DNA of 64,000 nt. Origin: Eledone cirrhosa. Taxonomy: Eukaryota. The position numbers were made by a program, and so were the translations under genes. Below are positions 43,569 through 60,230 of this stretch, piece by piece. How positions within the stretch are numbered: position 1 is the first letter of the stretch; each line of letters opens with the position of its first letter. The DNA lies in assembly GCA_964016885.1 (NCBI GenBank), contig OZ024743.1, positions 357,678,001-357,742,000 on the forward strand, given 5' to 3'. The notes below the pieces were generated by a model. That model was not told where the DNA came from. It was given only the letters and a program-made list of their open reading frames with translations, and made no database searches.

Positions 43569-43674
43569 GCTGACAATTGTTTCTCTGAACTCGTAAGTCT
43601 AGAGATCGCTACCCACTTATTTTCACGTTATTCGATCACCAATACAAAGTTATAACCAGTCAATTCATCGGAGC
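43569..43674 (-). ncRNA. Inverted copy of the long-stem-II hammerhead variant
   Basis: Reverse complement of 45598-45703 within the inverted pLTR. Confidence 0.55.
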
Positions 43675-44279
43675 TTGTAAGAAGGAAAAGAATATACAGG
43701 GATTGCTACTATATATAGTAGTAATGGCATTCAATCAGAACAATAACAACAATACTAACAATGCTAGCAATAAATTATTTGAAATAATCACAACATCAAT
43801 CTAGGTGGGAAGTATAGTATATCTACGATTTTAGCGTGTAAAACTAGCTGACATGAGGCAGATGTATTAAATTGACATGTAAAAGCTGTCATGGGGTGTA
43901 TTATATCTAGTGTAAAGATAAGCCGGTGGCTTTAAACAATGTAGGCCTTGTGGCCGTAAGAATCTTTATTATCTGACAGATGAAGAATTTATCACTGTAG
44001 TGAGGATAGTAATATTTGTGTGGTCTATATTAGATGAAAGGGTTGTCTAGATTTCTCATCATCAATAACATACATGTATAAGACAACATTAACAGAGTAG
44101 CAATATAATAGGCAAGTTATTACAGAGGTTAAGGAGGCAATATATATATATATATATACATACATGCACACATACCATAACTGGACTACACTTAAGTGGA
44201 CTACCTATAACAATAATTTGTTACCCCGTATACTTAGCTCCCACCTGGTTGAGCAACACCATTAACGCACGGCAACAAC

Positions 44280-45000
44280 ATGGAAAAGCACCGTATAGGA
44301 ATGTCACTGAAAAACATACCTATACCTACAAATAAGGACTATACACTGGGCATGATACAACGAACTTATGATTTCATCCGTAGGGTCCGATGGAAGGCTT
44401 ACCATTTCGACAAAGGACCAGCTATTAACGCAAGAGAATTTTCTAAAGAGAATTACGGATTTAAATCCTGCAAAAACCCTCCAAACAACCCCACACTCGA
44501 TGCCTTCGAGCTGGACCTTATGAATATGATAAGTGGAACTAAATTAAAAAAAAGAACACATCACAAAAAATTACAAAATGACATCAATACACTACTAAAA
44601 AAACTAAAAGACACTAACGGTATCATAGTAAAAGCAGACAAAACATCAAACGTATACTCTATGGACCTTAACACATACAATAATTTTATTCAGCGTGAAC
44701 TACATAAAAAATACAAAAAATAAACAAATGAATCCACACTCACCAGCATTAACGTGGAGGGCCTTAGGATAGTAACTAAACTCGAAATACCTGATAGGAC
44801 CGAGCCTCTAACCCCATGCAACCCCACATTTAACCTGAAGGATCACAAAAATAATTTCGAAACAAACCCTACTATTAGATTAATATGCCCATCTAAGTCA
44901 GATATAGGTAAAATTAGCAAGAACATTCTAGATAGGGTAATCGCACAAATAAAGGGTAAACTAGAAATAAATTTATGGGGTAACACTAACGAGGCTACTT
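44280..45000 (+). pseudogene. N-terminal part of PLE RT ORF
   Basis: SLKNIP, RRVRWKAY, ADKTSNVY, KDHK..IRLICPSKSDIGKISK; homologous to 13699-14307. Confidence 0.88.
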
Positions 45001-45597
45001 TTAAAAAAAAGATGGTATGTGCACAGACACTCGATGAAAAATCGTGCACTTATGGGTTCTACAACCCTCGCCAAAAAAATATGTGTATGTATATATGTTT
45101 GTGTGCATGTATGTATATATATACATATATATTGCCTCCCTAACCTCTGTATTAACTTGCCCATTATATTGCTACTCTGTTAATGTTGTCTTATACATGT
45201 ATGTTATTGATGATGAGAAAGCTAGACAACCCTTTCATCTAATATAGACCACACAAATATTACTATCCTCACTACAGTGATAATTTCTTCATCTGTCAGA
45301 TAATAAAGATTCTTACGGCCACCAGACCTACATTGTTTAAAGCCTCCGGCTTATCTTTACACTAGATATAATACACCCCATGACAGCTTTTACATGTCAA
45401 TTTTATACATCTGCCTCATGTCAGCTAGTTTTACACGCTAAAATCGTAGATATACTATACTTCCCACCTAGATTGATGATGTGATTATTTCAAATAATTT
45501 ATTGCTAGCATTGTTAGTATTGTTGTTATTGTTCTGATTGAATGCCATTACTACTATATTTAGTAGCCATGCCTGTATATTCTTTTCATTCTCACAA

Positions 45598-45703
45598 GCT
45601 CCGATGAATTGACTGGTTATAACTTTGTATTGGTGATCGAATAACGTGAAAATAAGCGAGTAGCGATCTCTAGACCTACCAGTTCAGAGAAACAATTGTC
45701 AGC
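45598..45703 (+). ncRNA. Hammerhead variant with long stem II and CCGAUGA core
   Basis: GCT CCGATGA attgactggt...accagttcaga GAAA CAATTG TC^AGC. Confidence 0.6.
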
Positions 45704-45918
45704 AATGATACTAAAAACCTTTTTTGTATAGCAAACCGTGTCACTCTTCTTTTCTGATTTATCATTACGCCAAGTGTTTACAACATAGGAATTACAGCAT
45801 CACTATGGAAACGCCTTGTTGAGTCAAACTTAGCCATGCGTTGATATCATCCACTACCCGGAGTACCATAACTGGACTACGCTTAAGTGGACTATCTATA
45901 ACAATAAGTTGTTACCCC

Positions 45919-45971
<53 letters not shown>

Positions 45972-46660
45972 CATAAACGGAGAAAGCTAATAGCGATATT
46001 CCGACCAATTTCCAACTCACTCAACAAATATTAAGAAATACCGGAGTATATTCCCAATTAACCGTTTGGAGTGCTAACTATATTGTATTGTATGGATAAT
46101 TGGCTGTATTATTTTGTATGAGAAATATTAAAGATCTCATTTCCCAAACGAATCGTTTCATTGTAAGATTTCTACATTGTGGGTGAAATTATACCAAGTT
46201 ATGTAGAGACTTGTGTAAGATCAATGGATTCTTATGCAAGTGGGCTCTTACAAAACTTCAGTGGGTGCCCAATAATATTTATATTAATAACTAAATCTAC
46301 ATCAATATTTAGCGATAATCACCATCAGTGCTAGAAGGAGCTGTTAGGTTGTAACCCCAGCAGTTCGAAAGAAAATCTCACACTGTCCCCAAAATGGGAG
46401 GAGGAGGCTACCGTGAAAAATAATACACAAGCAGGTCATTGAACTCTGACAAGAATTCAAGCCTCGTGCGAAGAACTCAATTGGATATGAAAAAATAAAT
46501 ATAAGCGTGTACTGTTTAAGGACATATAGAGATATTTTCTCAGGCAAAATAACAGATATGAGATACAGGAACAAACAATCAATATTCATATAAAAAAAAT
46601 AAACAAAGAGAGTCATACCTTATATCGGGAAAGTTCATGTCTGGTGATCCAAGAGTATAT

Positions 46661-46721
<61 letters not shown>

Positions 46722-46722
46722 A

Positions 46723-46815
<93 letters not shown>

Positions 46816-46954
46816 CAATAATACATCAGTACCGAACTTGACTTTGCAACCAAGACCACCCACCCGACAGTTCCCAGAGCTGTGGTTGACCTTAATCCAA
46901 GGGATGCGTGGCCTCGTTGCCTTGAGGCAAATAAAGAAAGATATATATATATAT

Positions 46955-47120
46955 AATTCCACCCCGCCCGTCCCTTCAATCTATCTTATTTCTCATCCTT
47001 TCTTCTGATGAAGGACTAACGTCCGAAACGTTAAGACCCCCTTCCTGCTATTTCAAGTTAACCCAATATATTCCTTTCATATACTGTACCGATTGTGTTG
47101 TTATTTCTGTTTACCTTTTA
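46955..47120 (+). mobile_element. Solo PLE pLTR with hammerhead, flanked by (TA)n/(CA)n
   Basis: Closely similar to 49735-49897 and 29226-29325. Confidence 0.8.
47001..47036 (+). ncRNA. Minimal type I hammerhead ribozyme
   Basis: TCTT CTGATGA a GGAC taac GTCC GAAA CG TT^AAGA. Confidence 0.85.
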
Positions 47121-47122
47121 CA

Positions 47123-47236
<114 letters not shown>

Positions 47237-47290
47237 TGTATATATAACTATATATAAATATGTATATATATATATAAATATATATATATA

Positions 47291-47383
<93 letters not shown>

Positions 47384-47477
47384 GTGGAACACTGGAAGGT
47401 AATACCCGTAGTGGTAGAGCACTCAGTCCAAGGGACGAGTTAGGTAGAAATGGTTACACAACAGTTAGTTCACCATA

Positions 47478-47517
47478 CCGAGAACAATTGTTTCACCTTC
47501 GCGGATCTTCAGCTCGG
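47478..47517 (-). ncRNA. Minimal type I hammerhead ribozyme
   Basis: CCGAG CTGAAGA tccgcgaaggt GAAA CAATTG TT^CTCGG. Confidence 0.8.
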
Positions 47518-48270
47518 GGTGTGTATGGTTATAGGAACAGGAAGGACAACCGTACGAACGCGCATGCGCAGAAACTCAGTCACTTCACACAGGCAATACT
47601 AGACTGCGTGCGGGAGGTGTAAGGGAGATAACTGCCAAAGTCCGGAAAGTTTTTAGGTTGAAAATAAAATTTAAAAAATTAAAAATAAAATTACAAAGAA
47701 TCAGTCCGGAGCCTTGTAGTTATGCAATAGATGTTTGGTGACGTCTGGACAACGTGTGAAAAATTCAATTCTCGTGTTTAGTCAATCACTATTGCGTAAT
47801 CTCTTTAGGATAGTTATTCGTTCGTCAGTACATAAGTCACACGTCGGATTTCCCCTTGCGCATGGCTTGGACTTAGTGATGGCTTTCCATTGAATGGAGT
47901 AGCCTATACTTGAGTCCTTGGGGACCATACAAGCCTGAAGCTTGCCCCCTTCAACAGAAATGCAACACACCAGCTGTAATCTATGAAGTTGTGGTCACTT
48001 CCAACCGACCAAACGAACCACAGGAGATCAAATCCTATGTGGGCATGGCGGAGGGCCGATTCAAGGTGCGTTTCCTGAACCTCCAGTCTACCTTCAGATA
48101 CCCGGACAGACGTTCATCCACGAAACTCGCGAGACAAACTTTCCGGACTTTCGCAGTTATCTCCCTTACACCTCCCGCCCGCAGTCTAGTATTGCCTGTG
48201 TGAAGTGACTGAGTTTCTGCGCATGCGCGTTCGTACGGTTGTCGTTCATGTTCCTATAATCATACACATC

Positions 48271-48310
48271 CCGAGCTGAAGATCCGCGAAGGTGAAACAA
48301 TTGTTCTCGG
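48271..48310 (+). ncRNA. Minimal type I hammerhead ribozyme (inverted twin of 47478)
   Basis: Identical core; stem I CCGAG/CTCGG. Confidence 0.8.
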
Positions 48311-48338
48311 TATGGTAAACTAACTGTTGTGTAACCAC

Positions 48339-49681
<1,343 letters not shown>

Positions 49682-49734
49682 AGAGAGATGTCAACATGAA
49701 TGGACCTGTTATTTTTATCTAAAGACATTTTTCC

Positions 49735-49897
49735 CAATTCCATCCCGCCCGTTCCCCCAATATATTTTATTTTTCATTCTTTCTTCTGATGAAGGACTAG
49801 CGTCCGAAACGTTAAGACCCTCTTCCTGCTATATCAAGCGTTAACCTAATATATGCCTTCCACATACTGTACCAATTGTGTTATTTCTGTTTACCTT
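49735..49897 (+). mobile_element. Solo PLE pLTR with hammerhead
   Basis: Copy of 46955-47120. Confidence 0.8.
49782..49817 (+). ncRNA. Minimal type I hammerhead ribozyme
   Basis: TCTT CTGATGA a GGAC tagc GTCC GAAA CG TT^AAGA. Confidence 0.85.
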
Positions 49898-50364
49898 ATA
49901 TATATATGTGAGTTTTTTACATTCATTTAATCTATTTATTTATTAATTTTTTATTTGAGTGACCCGAATTTTCCTGGTCGTTTTTTTCGGCTGTGCGATT
50001 GATTCTAAGCATCGTCTTTATGTGTTGGTATTTTAACGATAGTTATAGCTCTGGTTCATCCAAACTATTGAGCCCTCTGCTACACATGTCGAAGTTTGTT
50101 TATCGTTATTTCGTGGGCCGAAATTCTGATTCTCGATTATTTACTTGTATATATATATATATCCTAAGTCATATATATATCCTAAGTCTGAACATCCTAA
50201 GTCAAATTATCCTGATGAAACTAACAAATTAATCTCTCTTCCACAATTGAAAAGTCTATATTGATAAAGAGAGGATGTTGTTCACTAAATATGTGCAAAC
50301 ATGGACGGAATAAAGGTAGCATATATATATATGAACATTTTCTTTTAATTTGAGAAACTTCTAG

Positions 50365-51353
50365 CTTGCTAACATCCACCATGCAAAAAAAGCAGTTTGT
50401 AGCGTGGTCTGTTGGCTCTAACCAGACCCGTAGGTTGGAAAATTTCACAGACCTTTCCTCACCTTCCAGCTTCTTCTTACAGTGCTCACAACAGTAGTGA
50501 GGGGTCCATGGCTTGTCCTGGTCCCCAACTGGCATCCCGAAGTACTTCTGGTAGGTTTCACAAACCGTCACTGACGTTTCCAAGGAGAACTCTTTGCCTC
50601 TCTTCTCACCTCATATAAAACAGAAAGAGTCAGGGTGGTGCCGACAGCCTCTTGAAGCCATTCTAAAAATATAGAAATACATGCAGTCAGAAAATATAGA
50701 TCTTATAGATCTGAAAGTATAAATAAAAACATGTTAAATGAACATACATGTATAAAATAAGTAGGGTAATTCAGGCTAAAGTCATCAAATTTTGAAAACA
50801 AAAATTAATATTTAGCACCAAATTGCAGTGCAGTTCAATGAAAGAAATTTTTTATTACAAGTCTAATGTCATGATCGAAACCTAAAATACAAAATAAATT
50901 TGATATGCAATACAAAATAAATATTGGAAAGGGAAATACATATTTAAATAATATAAAAGAACACTAATCATACTAATGAAAAATCGTACTTAAAACACAA
51001 CTTATTCAGGGTGCGAAAATCCAGTATCAATAAATCTCTTTAATCCACTTTTTAACAATTTTATACTTTATTGCACTTTTATAATTTTCTTTGGGTATTA
51101 CTCTTTATTTTATAATTTTAATTTAACCTGAAACATATATAAACAAAAATCATTTAACATAAGCAAATTAAACTTACATACAACGTAAAATCCAGCATAC
51201 AATTAATTCTAGTGAATAGCTTAGAATTTTTACAAACCCAAATTTTTAACTGTTTAATAGCACTTTTTTTATTTATTTGGGACCTAAGCAACAGAAAAAA
51301 AAAATGATTACAAGCCAGGAACAGAGACAACATTTTTTTTTTGTTACACGGTG
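50365..51353 (-). mobile_element. Chapaev3-like (CMC) DNA transposon, 5' part with N-terminal zinc-finger region
   Basis: Terminus CACCGTGTAACA next to TTA; MASRGCRHHPDSFCFI*..YFGMPVGDQDKPWTPHYCCEHC..EPTDHATNCFFC. Confidence 0.85.
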
Positions 51354-51659
51354 TAATTATTCATGGTATCACCTACATTCTGTGACTGTCAAAGTTCCTG
51401 GTGACTGTGTTGAAGCGTTGTCTGTGATGAACATCTGTGACTCGCTTAGTATGGATGAACTATGCATACTCATCACTCTTCGAATCGAAGTTGATGTATG
51501 TGGAGTATTGCAGTTCAATGTGACAAGCTCCTATAATATTCACAGATTATCAGGCTGGCCGCCAAACTCACAAAATCAAGTTGTACTTGATTATGTAATG
51601 AACGCTAGCCAGAATAAATACCGCCTCAATTCTGGAGCAAATAGATTTGTCCATGATCA

Positions 51660-51980
51660 ATAGAAAAAGGCTAAGTTGCCTTATCCTTTGCCCTTGGGCT
51701 AAAGAGATATGCCCCTTGTTCGACACCACTGTTAGCGACATTTTCAATCCATCACGTCCGTCGCACATTGCTCATATTCTTATGTGAGTGATAGTTTCAT
51801 TGGTGATAATGTTATCGCAGGCGGTCTCCGACTGCAAGCATACACACTTTGGAATAGTGTGATCCTTAGCAGCACCTTTTGCCGTTGTATGTCAACAGTC
51901 GCAATGGGAGTACCGATAAGTGAAACTACCACATATCGGTATAGGCGTGTCTTGAATTTCAAAATTGCAGAGTTGTGCTA
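51660..51980 (-). mobile_element. Highly decayed RTE-like LINE remnant
   Basis: KFKTRLYRYVVVS...DIQRQKV resembles the RTE RT thumb region. Confidence 0.4.
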
Positions 51981-51990
51981 ATATAAGAAA

Positions 51991-52163
51991 TATCGGTAGA
52001 AGGTCGGACACCATGCTTTGACGCATAGAGTTACGGCCCTTGCCATTCTGAGTTCAAATCCCGCCGAGGTTAACTTTGCTTTTCATCCTTACGGGGTCGA
52101 TAAAATAAAGTACCAGTAATACACTGGGTAATTGCTGGCCTTGTGCCAAAAGTAGAAACAATT
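51991..52163 (+). mobile_element. tRNA-derived SINE
   Basis: B box, core, tail. Confidence 0.9.
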
Positions 52164-52579
52164 ATATAATAGGTGATAATATTGTTCTGTGTAGATTATC
52201 ATAATGCCCAGTATTCTGTAATTTGCTGCCTTATTCAGATCGATACGGTTAATGTTCACCTTGAATATCTATAAATCAAACGACTTGAATATCTATAAGT
52301 CAAACCATGATGATTGTTATCGTTTACTATTGAACATCCTTTAGTCTGAACTGTTTCCCTTGTTACTACTCATAAACAGTTACAGTTTAGTTATATAGCT
52401 ACATAGAGGCTGATGTTGAAAGTTCACGCTCACTTCAGTTGTATACATATGTTAATAATGTTTCTTCATTGACGTACATCTTGTTTGTAATTCGCTTTAC
52501 AAGTTCAGTACAACATAATTATGTTAACTGTGAATTCAATACATACGTTAATAAGTCTAATAACAACAAAATATAAGCT

Positions 52580-52940
52580 GGAATTAAATTTCAGAAGAGT
52601 GAAGTTCAGGAGTGAAGGATTGAAATAAAAATGGTTGGTGCAGAGTCAAAGAAAAGATGTGTTGTAAGGTTGAATAGAAGCGATGTATGTGGTCGTGATG
52701 GAATGTAGGTAGCACGTTAATTTTGGAGAGTAGTGGTTGTTTTAGTAGAGATAGAAAAAGCAGAATGAAGTGGTTAGAAAGAAACAAGATTTTAGAGAGT
52801 GAATACTTGTTAAATCTAAGCGATCTTTCATATGTATGCCTTGTCTTGTGTGTGTAACAACAGCATCATTCGAGATGTGGAAGCAAAACGAGAGCAGTAT
52901 TTGTCTGTGGTTCCTAATTGTGCTTTATTGAGAACCAGTA
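52580..52940 (-). mobile_element. Decayed CR1/L2-like LINE 3' remnant
   Basis: Fragments such as LLPHLE*CC and FCFFYLY*N resemble CR1-type C-termini; weak. Confidence 0.3.
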
Positions 52941-53323
52941 GTTGTTTAGGTTTGAAGTAATATTCTCTGAGTGTGGCGAGCAAAGCTAAGTCTCTCCATA
53001 GTTCCTAGAGAAATGAAACGCCTTACACATGCAGTCATACTAACAAGACAAATAACTGTGGATATGATAGGAACTCGTGTCATCGGTGTATAAACAAGAG
53101 AATCATCGTCGATATAGAGGAGACATGATGAACGAATGTATGATTTATCTCGTAGTTGAACTCTGACGCGCCAAATGGCCATCATGTGACCGACTAAACT
53201 GATTACCGAGAGACGCTTCAAGCTAGTTTCACTTATCACTCGACTTACTCGACTACATCCTCCCCTCCCCTTCTTCTTCTTCTTCTTCTTCTTCTTCTTC
53301 TATTGTTGCTGCTGCTGCTGCTT

Positions 53324-53380
<57 letters not shown>

Positions 53381-53819
53381 TCCTTTTCCCATTATTTCCT
53401 TCTCTCCTTCGTCAAATTCCCCTCCTCTTCAATTTCGTCCTAACTTGCCTTCTTCCCATAAACGGCCGCTGACACCACAATACAAACCGTAACAGCAACA
53501 GGAACAACAACAACAACGTAAGCCGTAACAACAACAAGACGGAACAACAACAGTAACAACAACAACGACAACAACAACCACTACAATGCAAGTAAAAACA
53601 GCAGCAACAACAACTAAAAAAAGAGACGTAGCAACAACAACAATGCAAATCTCATAAAGGATGTTGCTGTTGTTACCAAATTAATTATTCAATACTATTA
53701 ATTTGCTTGCCAGTGTTAATTAGAAGAAATATAAATCATATTTCCTATTAGAAAATAACGATGAATTAAGCGGAGATTTCAGCAGAGGTGAGTCTTGATG
53801 TCTGTTGGGGAAGATGGAG

Positions 53820-54325
53820 ATCTAGTAGTGGTGGTGATGGTGGTGGTGGTGTGATGTCTAGTAGCGGTGTCTAGTAGTGGTGTGATGTCTTGTAGTGGTG
53901 GTGGTGGTGGTGTAGGTGGTGTAGGTGGTGGTGTAGGTGGTGGTGGTGGTGTAATGTCTATAGTGGTGGGACTTGTCTAGTAGCGGTGTCTAGTAGTGAT
54001 GGTGGTGTGATGTCTAGTAGTGGTGGGACTTGTCTAGTGGTGGTGTCTGGTAGTGGTGTGATGTCTTGTAGTGGTGGTGGTGGTGTAGGTGGTAGTTTGT
54101 GGTGGTGTGATGTCTAGTAGTGGTGGTAATGGTGTTGTGTCTGGTGGTGGTGGTAGTTGTGTGGTAGTGTCTTTTGCTGGTGTTGGTTATGGTGTCGGTA
54201 GTGGTGTAGTGTCTAGTAGTAGTGGTGGCGATGTCTGTTGTGTCTGTTGGTTGAGATGGTGGTGTTGGTTGTGGTGTTGGTAGTGGTGTGATGTCTAGTA
54301 GTGGTGGTGGTGGTGGTGGTGAGGT
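53820..54325. repeat. (GTG)n/GATGTCTAGTAG compound low-complexity repeat
   Basis: Visible. Confidence 0.85.
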
Positions 54326-55989
54326 AAAGACCTTCAGTGGTGGTATGTTGGGGTATGAAGGGCTATTGTCTTCTAGAGACACGCGCTCTTTACAGAGCGC
54401 CCGCTTAGAATGTGATTTTTCACATTCATGAAAAATAAGTTGGAGCATTTTCGGTAATTTCTTATTGTAGAATACTGGCTCTTGGATTATTTAACCTTAA
54501 CCCCATTTCCCTGGGTCCTAAAAGATTTGTCTTGACATTTTTCTTAGTGTGTATCCTTATCTATTTCTTTGTGTGTATCACATAATGGGGCATTAAAATC
54601 TCACCCCACCAATAACATTTTTCAAATACGAAAACAGATAAAAGCAAACACCAATCAAACAAACACAGACTTTCATGCACAGATATTTAGAGTCACACAT
54701 TAAAAACTACAAAAGAGAATAGAGTTTAAAACGCAAATTTAAATGAGAAAAATTGTAAAAACATTAAATACATTAGCGTCACCAAGAAAAACAAATATTT
54801 TGCTGTCGTTAAAGGAGTTGCTTGATATGAATCAGGTCAAGGAAAAGGAGACAATATATAGACAAATGTATGCCCAGAAGGTCAGTATCTGATCTTTAAG
54901 GCAGAAGATGGAATGAGGTGAGAAGCTCCACGTTTTCTCACAGTCTGCTACCGCAGCATATGAAGAAAAAGAACACGAGGAACCTGGCAAGTAATATTGC
55001 TTATAACATTTGTGGCAATCTCGTGGTAGTAAAGACCCTCTTCTAAGCAAAAGAAAAGAGAAAAAAAAAAGGATAGTAGACTGCAGCAAAGGCAGAGACA
55101 CCGCTCAACACCTAGTCAAGACTATAGCTGGGCTACTAATCCAACAACACTATCGACAGAAGCTCTAAGAATAGCCATAACAGAAGCAGAGTCAAACGAA
55201 ATTGCCTTATCTTCACTGTCATCGAAATCAGTACTCGACGTGGCAAAGCCCTACCAAGGATCTCTTCTAGAACAAAGCTGACCAGAGGCAATGAATATAA
55301 TTTCTAACGTCTTTAGATGATTGGAAGGAAATGGGGCATGAAGAAAGATTAAGCCCAAACTAAAATTAAGTTTATTATTTCTGTGAGACTCCTGGTCAAA
55401 GAGGGTGTGTTGCAAGTGAGATTTGTCTGTTTACAGTACCCCCCCCCCCCCCCACTATCATTTACCGAGGCGCATGCCTTGGTTAAGGATAGACCGGATA
55501 TTACTAGGAGCTCACTGTACTACCACAGTAGACAGGCATTTGGTAGAACGCCGACACGTTCTATAGGATGATATTAGAGCGTATGAGTAATGATGGCCAT
55601 GCAACATTTCTGGGCATTGAAGAGGGCAGTTTGATTAGTCTTTTCTAGAGGGCTTTCAGATTAGGAATTATGAACAAAATGATAAATCATAGACACTGTT
55701 TAAACGCTAAAAATGAGACATAGAGCTTTGCATATAATTTGGTATTAATCTTTTACGTATCCAAAATTAATTATCTAATATCTCCTCTCTTTTTCTGAAG
55801 AAATTTTGACTGATATTTCTAGCACGACTGATATTTCTAGCACGTAGATTTTTTTTCTTGATAGCTCTTGCTCTGATCATTCATATCTGAGCTTGGTTTA
55901 TTATTCCCAAAATATACTGTCATCTGATTTTTTGTTTGATGGGAAGCAGGGTTGTGTTATGCTGGACACAAGGCATTGGTCTGACCCTG

Positions 55990-56063
55990 GCCAAAGTGTC
56001 AGGCAGTGGGATCAAGTCTGGAACCACGAGGTTGTGAAATGAACTTCCTAACCACACAGCCAC
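55990..56063 (-). mobile_element. Old tRNA-derived SINE head fragment
   Basis: Minus GTGGCTGTGTGGTTAG (A box) ...GGTTCCAGACTTGATCCC. Confidence 0.45.
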
Positions 56064-56880
56064 TATTGATCTTAATAATTCTATTTACATGTTTATGTCA
56101 TTGGTTGTTGAGATTATTATTTTATTATTGTATTCTTGATAGTTTATTATGATAGTTTATTCTTGCAAATTGCGTTGTTTAATGAGGTCTTTGATAATGT
56201 AGCCATCTATTCTAAATTCACATTTATTTCGATCATATAATATACTATATGTGTACTTTGTCTGTTTTTAATAAGACTGACGTCTATTGTATTTACCGTG
56301 TTACAATTTGTATATTCTTTTCTGTATTGATGATATATTTAGTCTGCTAATATATTTGAATATCCCTTAGTACTTATATTATCCCAATTAATTTGTGCTA
56401 TGATTGTTTTTGTGGGGTGAAATATACAACTAAATAGGGACTGTATTACTGAAGTGATGTAGCTGTGTGAATATTCGTTATCACCATACATATAAGGATA
56501 ACTCTTAGTTGTCTTCTTGTTGTTGCTGATATTGTTTAAATCCCAGATCAACCTTGTTTACCTAAATTTTTTATTCAGGTATTGTATTTAAGAAATCTTG
56601 GGTTCCATCAGGATAATTGTTTTTTAGGGTATTATATGTGTTGTTTTGACGATTTGTATCTACTGAGCAGACGTGGAGTTATTAAAGAAAATCAATGCCT
56701 GAAAATAACTTTCCATGAATATCTACAATCTACAACATAAATTAGGTAAAGTTTCAAACTAAGGATAATCCACAATCCCATTATTACATATAATGTAGGA
56801 ATAAGAAATAAGAAGTTTATCACATCAGTATAAGAAAACACATAAACACATATGAACACACACACACGAACACACACACG

Positions 56881-56949
<69 letters not shown>

Positions 56950-57189
56950 ACACACACACACACACACAACGACACACACTAAGAATATCCTATGATCCAA
57001 GGAGGGAGCGCTAAGCTAACAAGCGAGCTTGAGATTTTAGTCAGCCAAAGAGTTTCATTCAATCTGTTTAAAAACACCAGCTGAATCTCCTTTAAAACAC
57101 ATACCTAAATAGAAAAAATGGTGGCAATCAGTAAAACCAGAATTATTTCCACAGAACGACCCTTCACGCAAATATGAGGTGTATGCATC

Positions 57190-57720
57190 TCGAATCAGCC
57201 CGGACCGGGAGACGGAGTCGTTGTGTTGTTTCGGAACGTTCTTCATCTCATGAGATGAACCATCTTCTTTGACAGGGGTGAGGCAGTCAGATTTATTCAG
57301 GCGTCTAAAGGTATATCTAGAATCGTCCCGCTTTTTAATGCTAGTGGGAAACTGGGACGGCATCAACGACACATGCTGGAAATATGTGAAGCTAGCCGAT
57401 AGGAGACGTGGGCGCATGGCATCGCAAACTTGCTCACACGTTTTCAAGAGTTTGACAGACTTCGACTGGATTTCCCGAATGTGCCAATGTAGATATGGAC
57501 AAACCAAACCAAGTCATCCAGATTATATCTATATGGAGTGTTCTATAAATCAGTAGATGGAGACAGCATAGGTTGTTCACAATTTAAAGTGGTCGGCTAC
57601 ACCGATCTCAAATTTGTAATCTTTACGATCGACCTAGATAAGCTTGGTAGGTGCGCAAATCTTAAAGAGATCGGATTAGCTAAATAGTTAAGCGGGTGAT
57701 GACGTAGACAATCGTTAACA
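57190..57720 (+). mobile_element. L1/Tx1 AP-endonuclease remnant
   Basis: FRRLKVYLESSRFLMLVGNWDGI (GDWN-like), DRLRLDFPNVPM*IWTN, GYTDLKFV (SDH-like). Confidence 0.65.
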
Positions 57721-58240
57721 GCAATAGTCCTTCATGATACTGATAGCGTGTTTTTTTCCTCAGCTATTTCAATACCTTCACCTACATGTAGTTAAAACAA
57801 CATTAATTCTTCATCCAATTCGGTACTCTCCTTATGCACATCTCTTTCTTTCATCTACTATTAAGAAAGAAGTGGAACAATTTTTATTTATAAGTACTTC
57901 GATTAATCACGTGAAGATGGCTGCGGTTAAATACAGAAAAATAAACAGTAGCAATTGTTTACCAGATTTTACGAGTTCATGCCAAAAGCTGATACTGCAA
58001 CTAATTCCACCAAAACTGTAATGGAAAGTCAGTCGATATGAAATTACGACTGAATTAGCAGTGTAAAAAAGATTAGTGATGGCTAGATTAGTTATGGTTG
58101 GCTGTACCAAATTCCACTCGTAATGCATTCGTCGACTAGAGACTGCGCTAAACGATACTTGCACAGTGGGATCGACTCTTGAATCACAGTAGGAATGTGA
58201 ATTACTGAACCACGTGGCCATGGCTATGAGAGAATCGAAA

Positions 58241-58322
58241 CTCGGATACCTACTTGCTGTTACCTACTTGCTCGGATACATACTTGCTGTTACCTACTTG
58301 CTCGGATACATACTTGCTGTTA
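58241..58322. repeat. 30-bp tandem repeat, 2.7 copies
   Basis: CTCGGATACATACTTGCTGTTACCTACTTG. Confidence 0.9.
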
Positions 58323-58626
58323 ATCAAGCTCGAAAGTCTGTTTCATACACGATACAATTGCCTATAAATGTTTCTATTTTATTAATGATCCTTTGCAGTT
58401 ATGATTTCTACACAACATCAGCAATGTTGTGCATGTGATGAAGACTAAAACATGAGTACTCTGTACTTCACACAGAATTTTTCACACAGTAACAATCACA
58501 CACTACACTAACCAATACATACATACATACATACCCACATACATACATACACACACACATACATTCATACATACATACATACATACATACATACATACAT
58601 ACATACATACATACATGCTTACGTAC

Positions 58627-59977
<1,351 letters not shown>

Positions 59978-60011
59978 CATACATACATACATACATACAT
60001 ACATACATACA

Positions 60012-60044
<33 letters not shown>

Positions 60045-60139
60045 GTATATGTAACATTAATTATCCGCAATGCATTTTAATGTATTCTTATAAGTGGGAA
60101 AATTAGTTAGGTGCGCATCTAGATATGGTCTCTCTCCCC

Positions 60140-60230
<91 letters not shown>

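Larger units (their letters stand above)
43512..45922 (+). mobile_element. Internally deleted Naiad-like PLE with inverted 5' pLTR
   Basis: Inverted repeats 43512-44141 / 45130-45761; direct repeat 44173-44231 / 45864-45922; ORF start MEKHRIGMSLKNIPIP. Confidence 0.9.

Noticed and set aside
47779-47790. Selenocysteine TGA in PLE GIY-YIG (NSD*LN)
   Set aside because: Not at a conserved Cys motif and no SECIS seen downstream; likely decay.
54830-55290. Host exon or LINE C-terminus
   Set aside because: Multiple stops and only a vague zinc-knuckle-like pattern; cannot be assigned.
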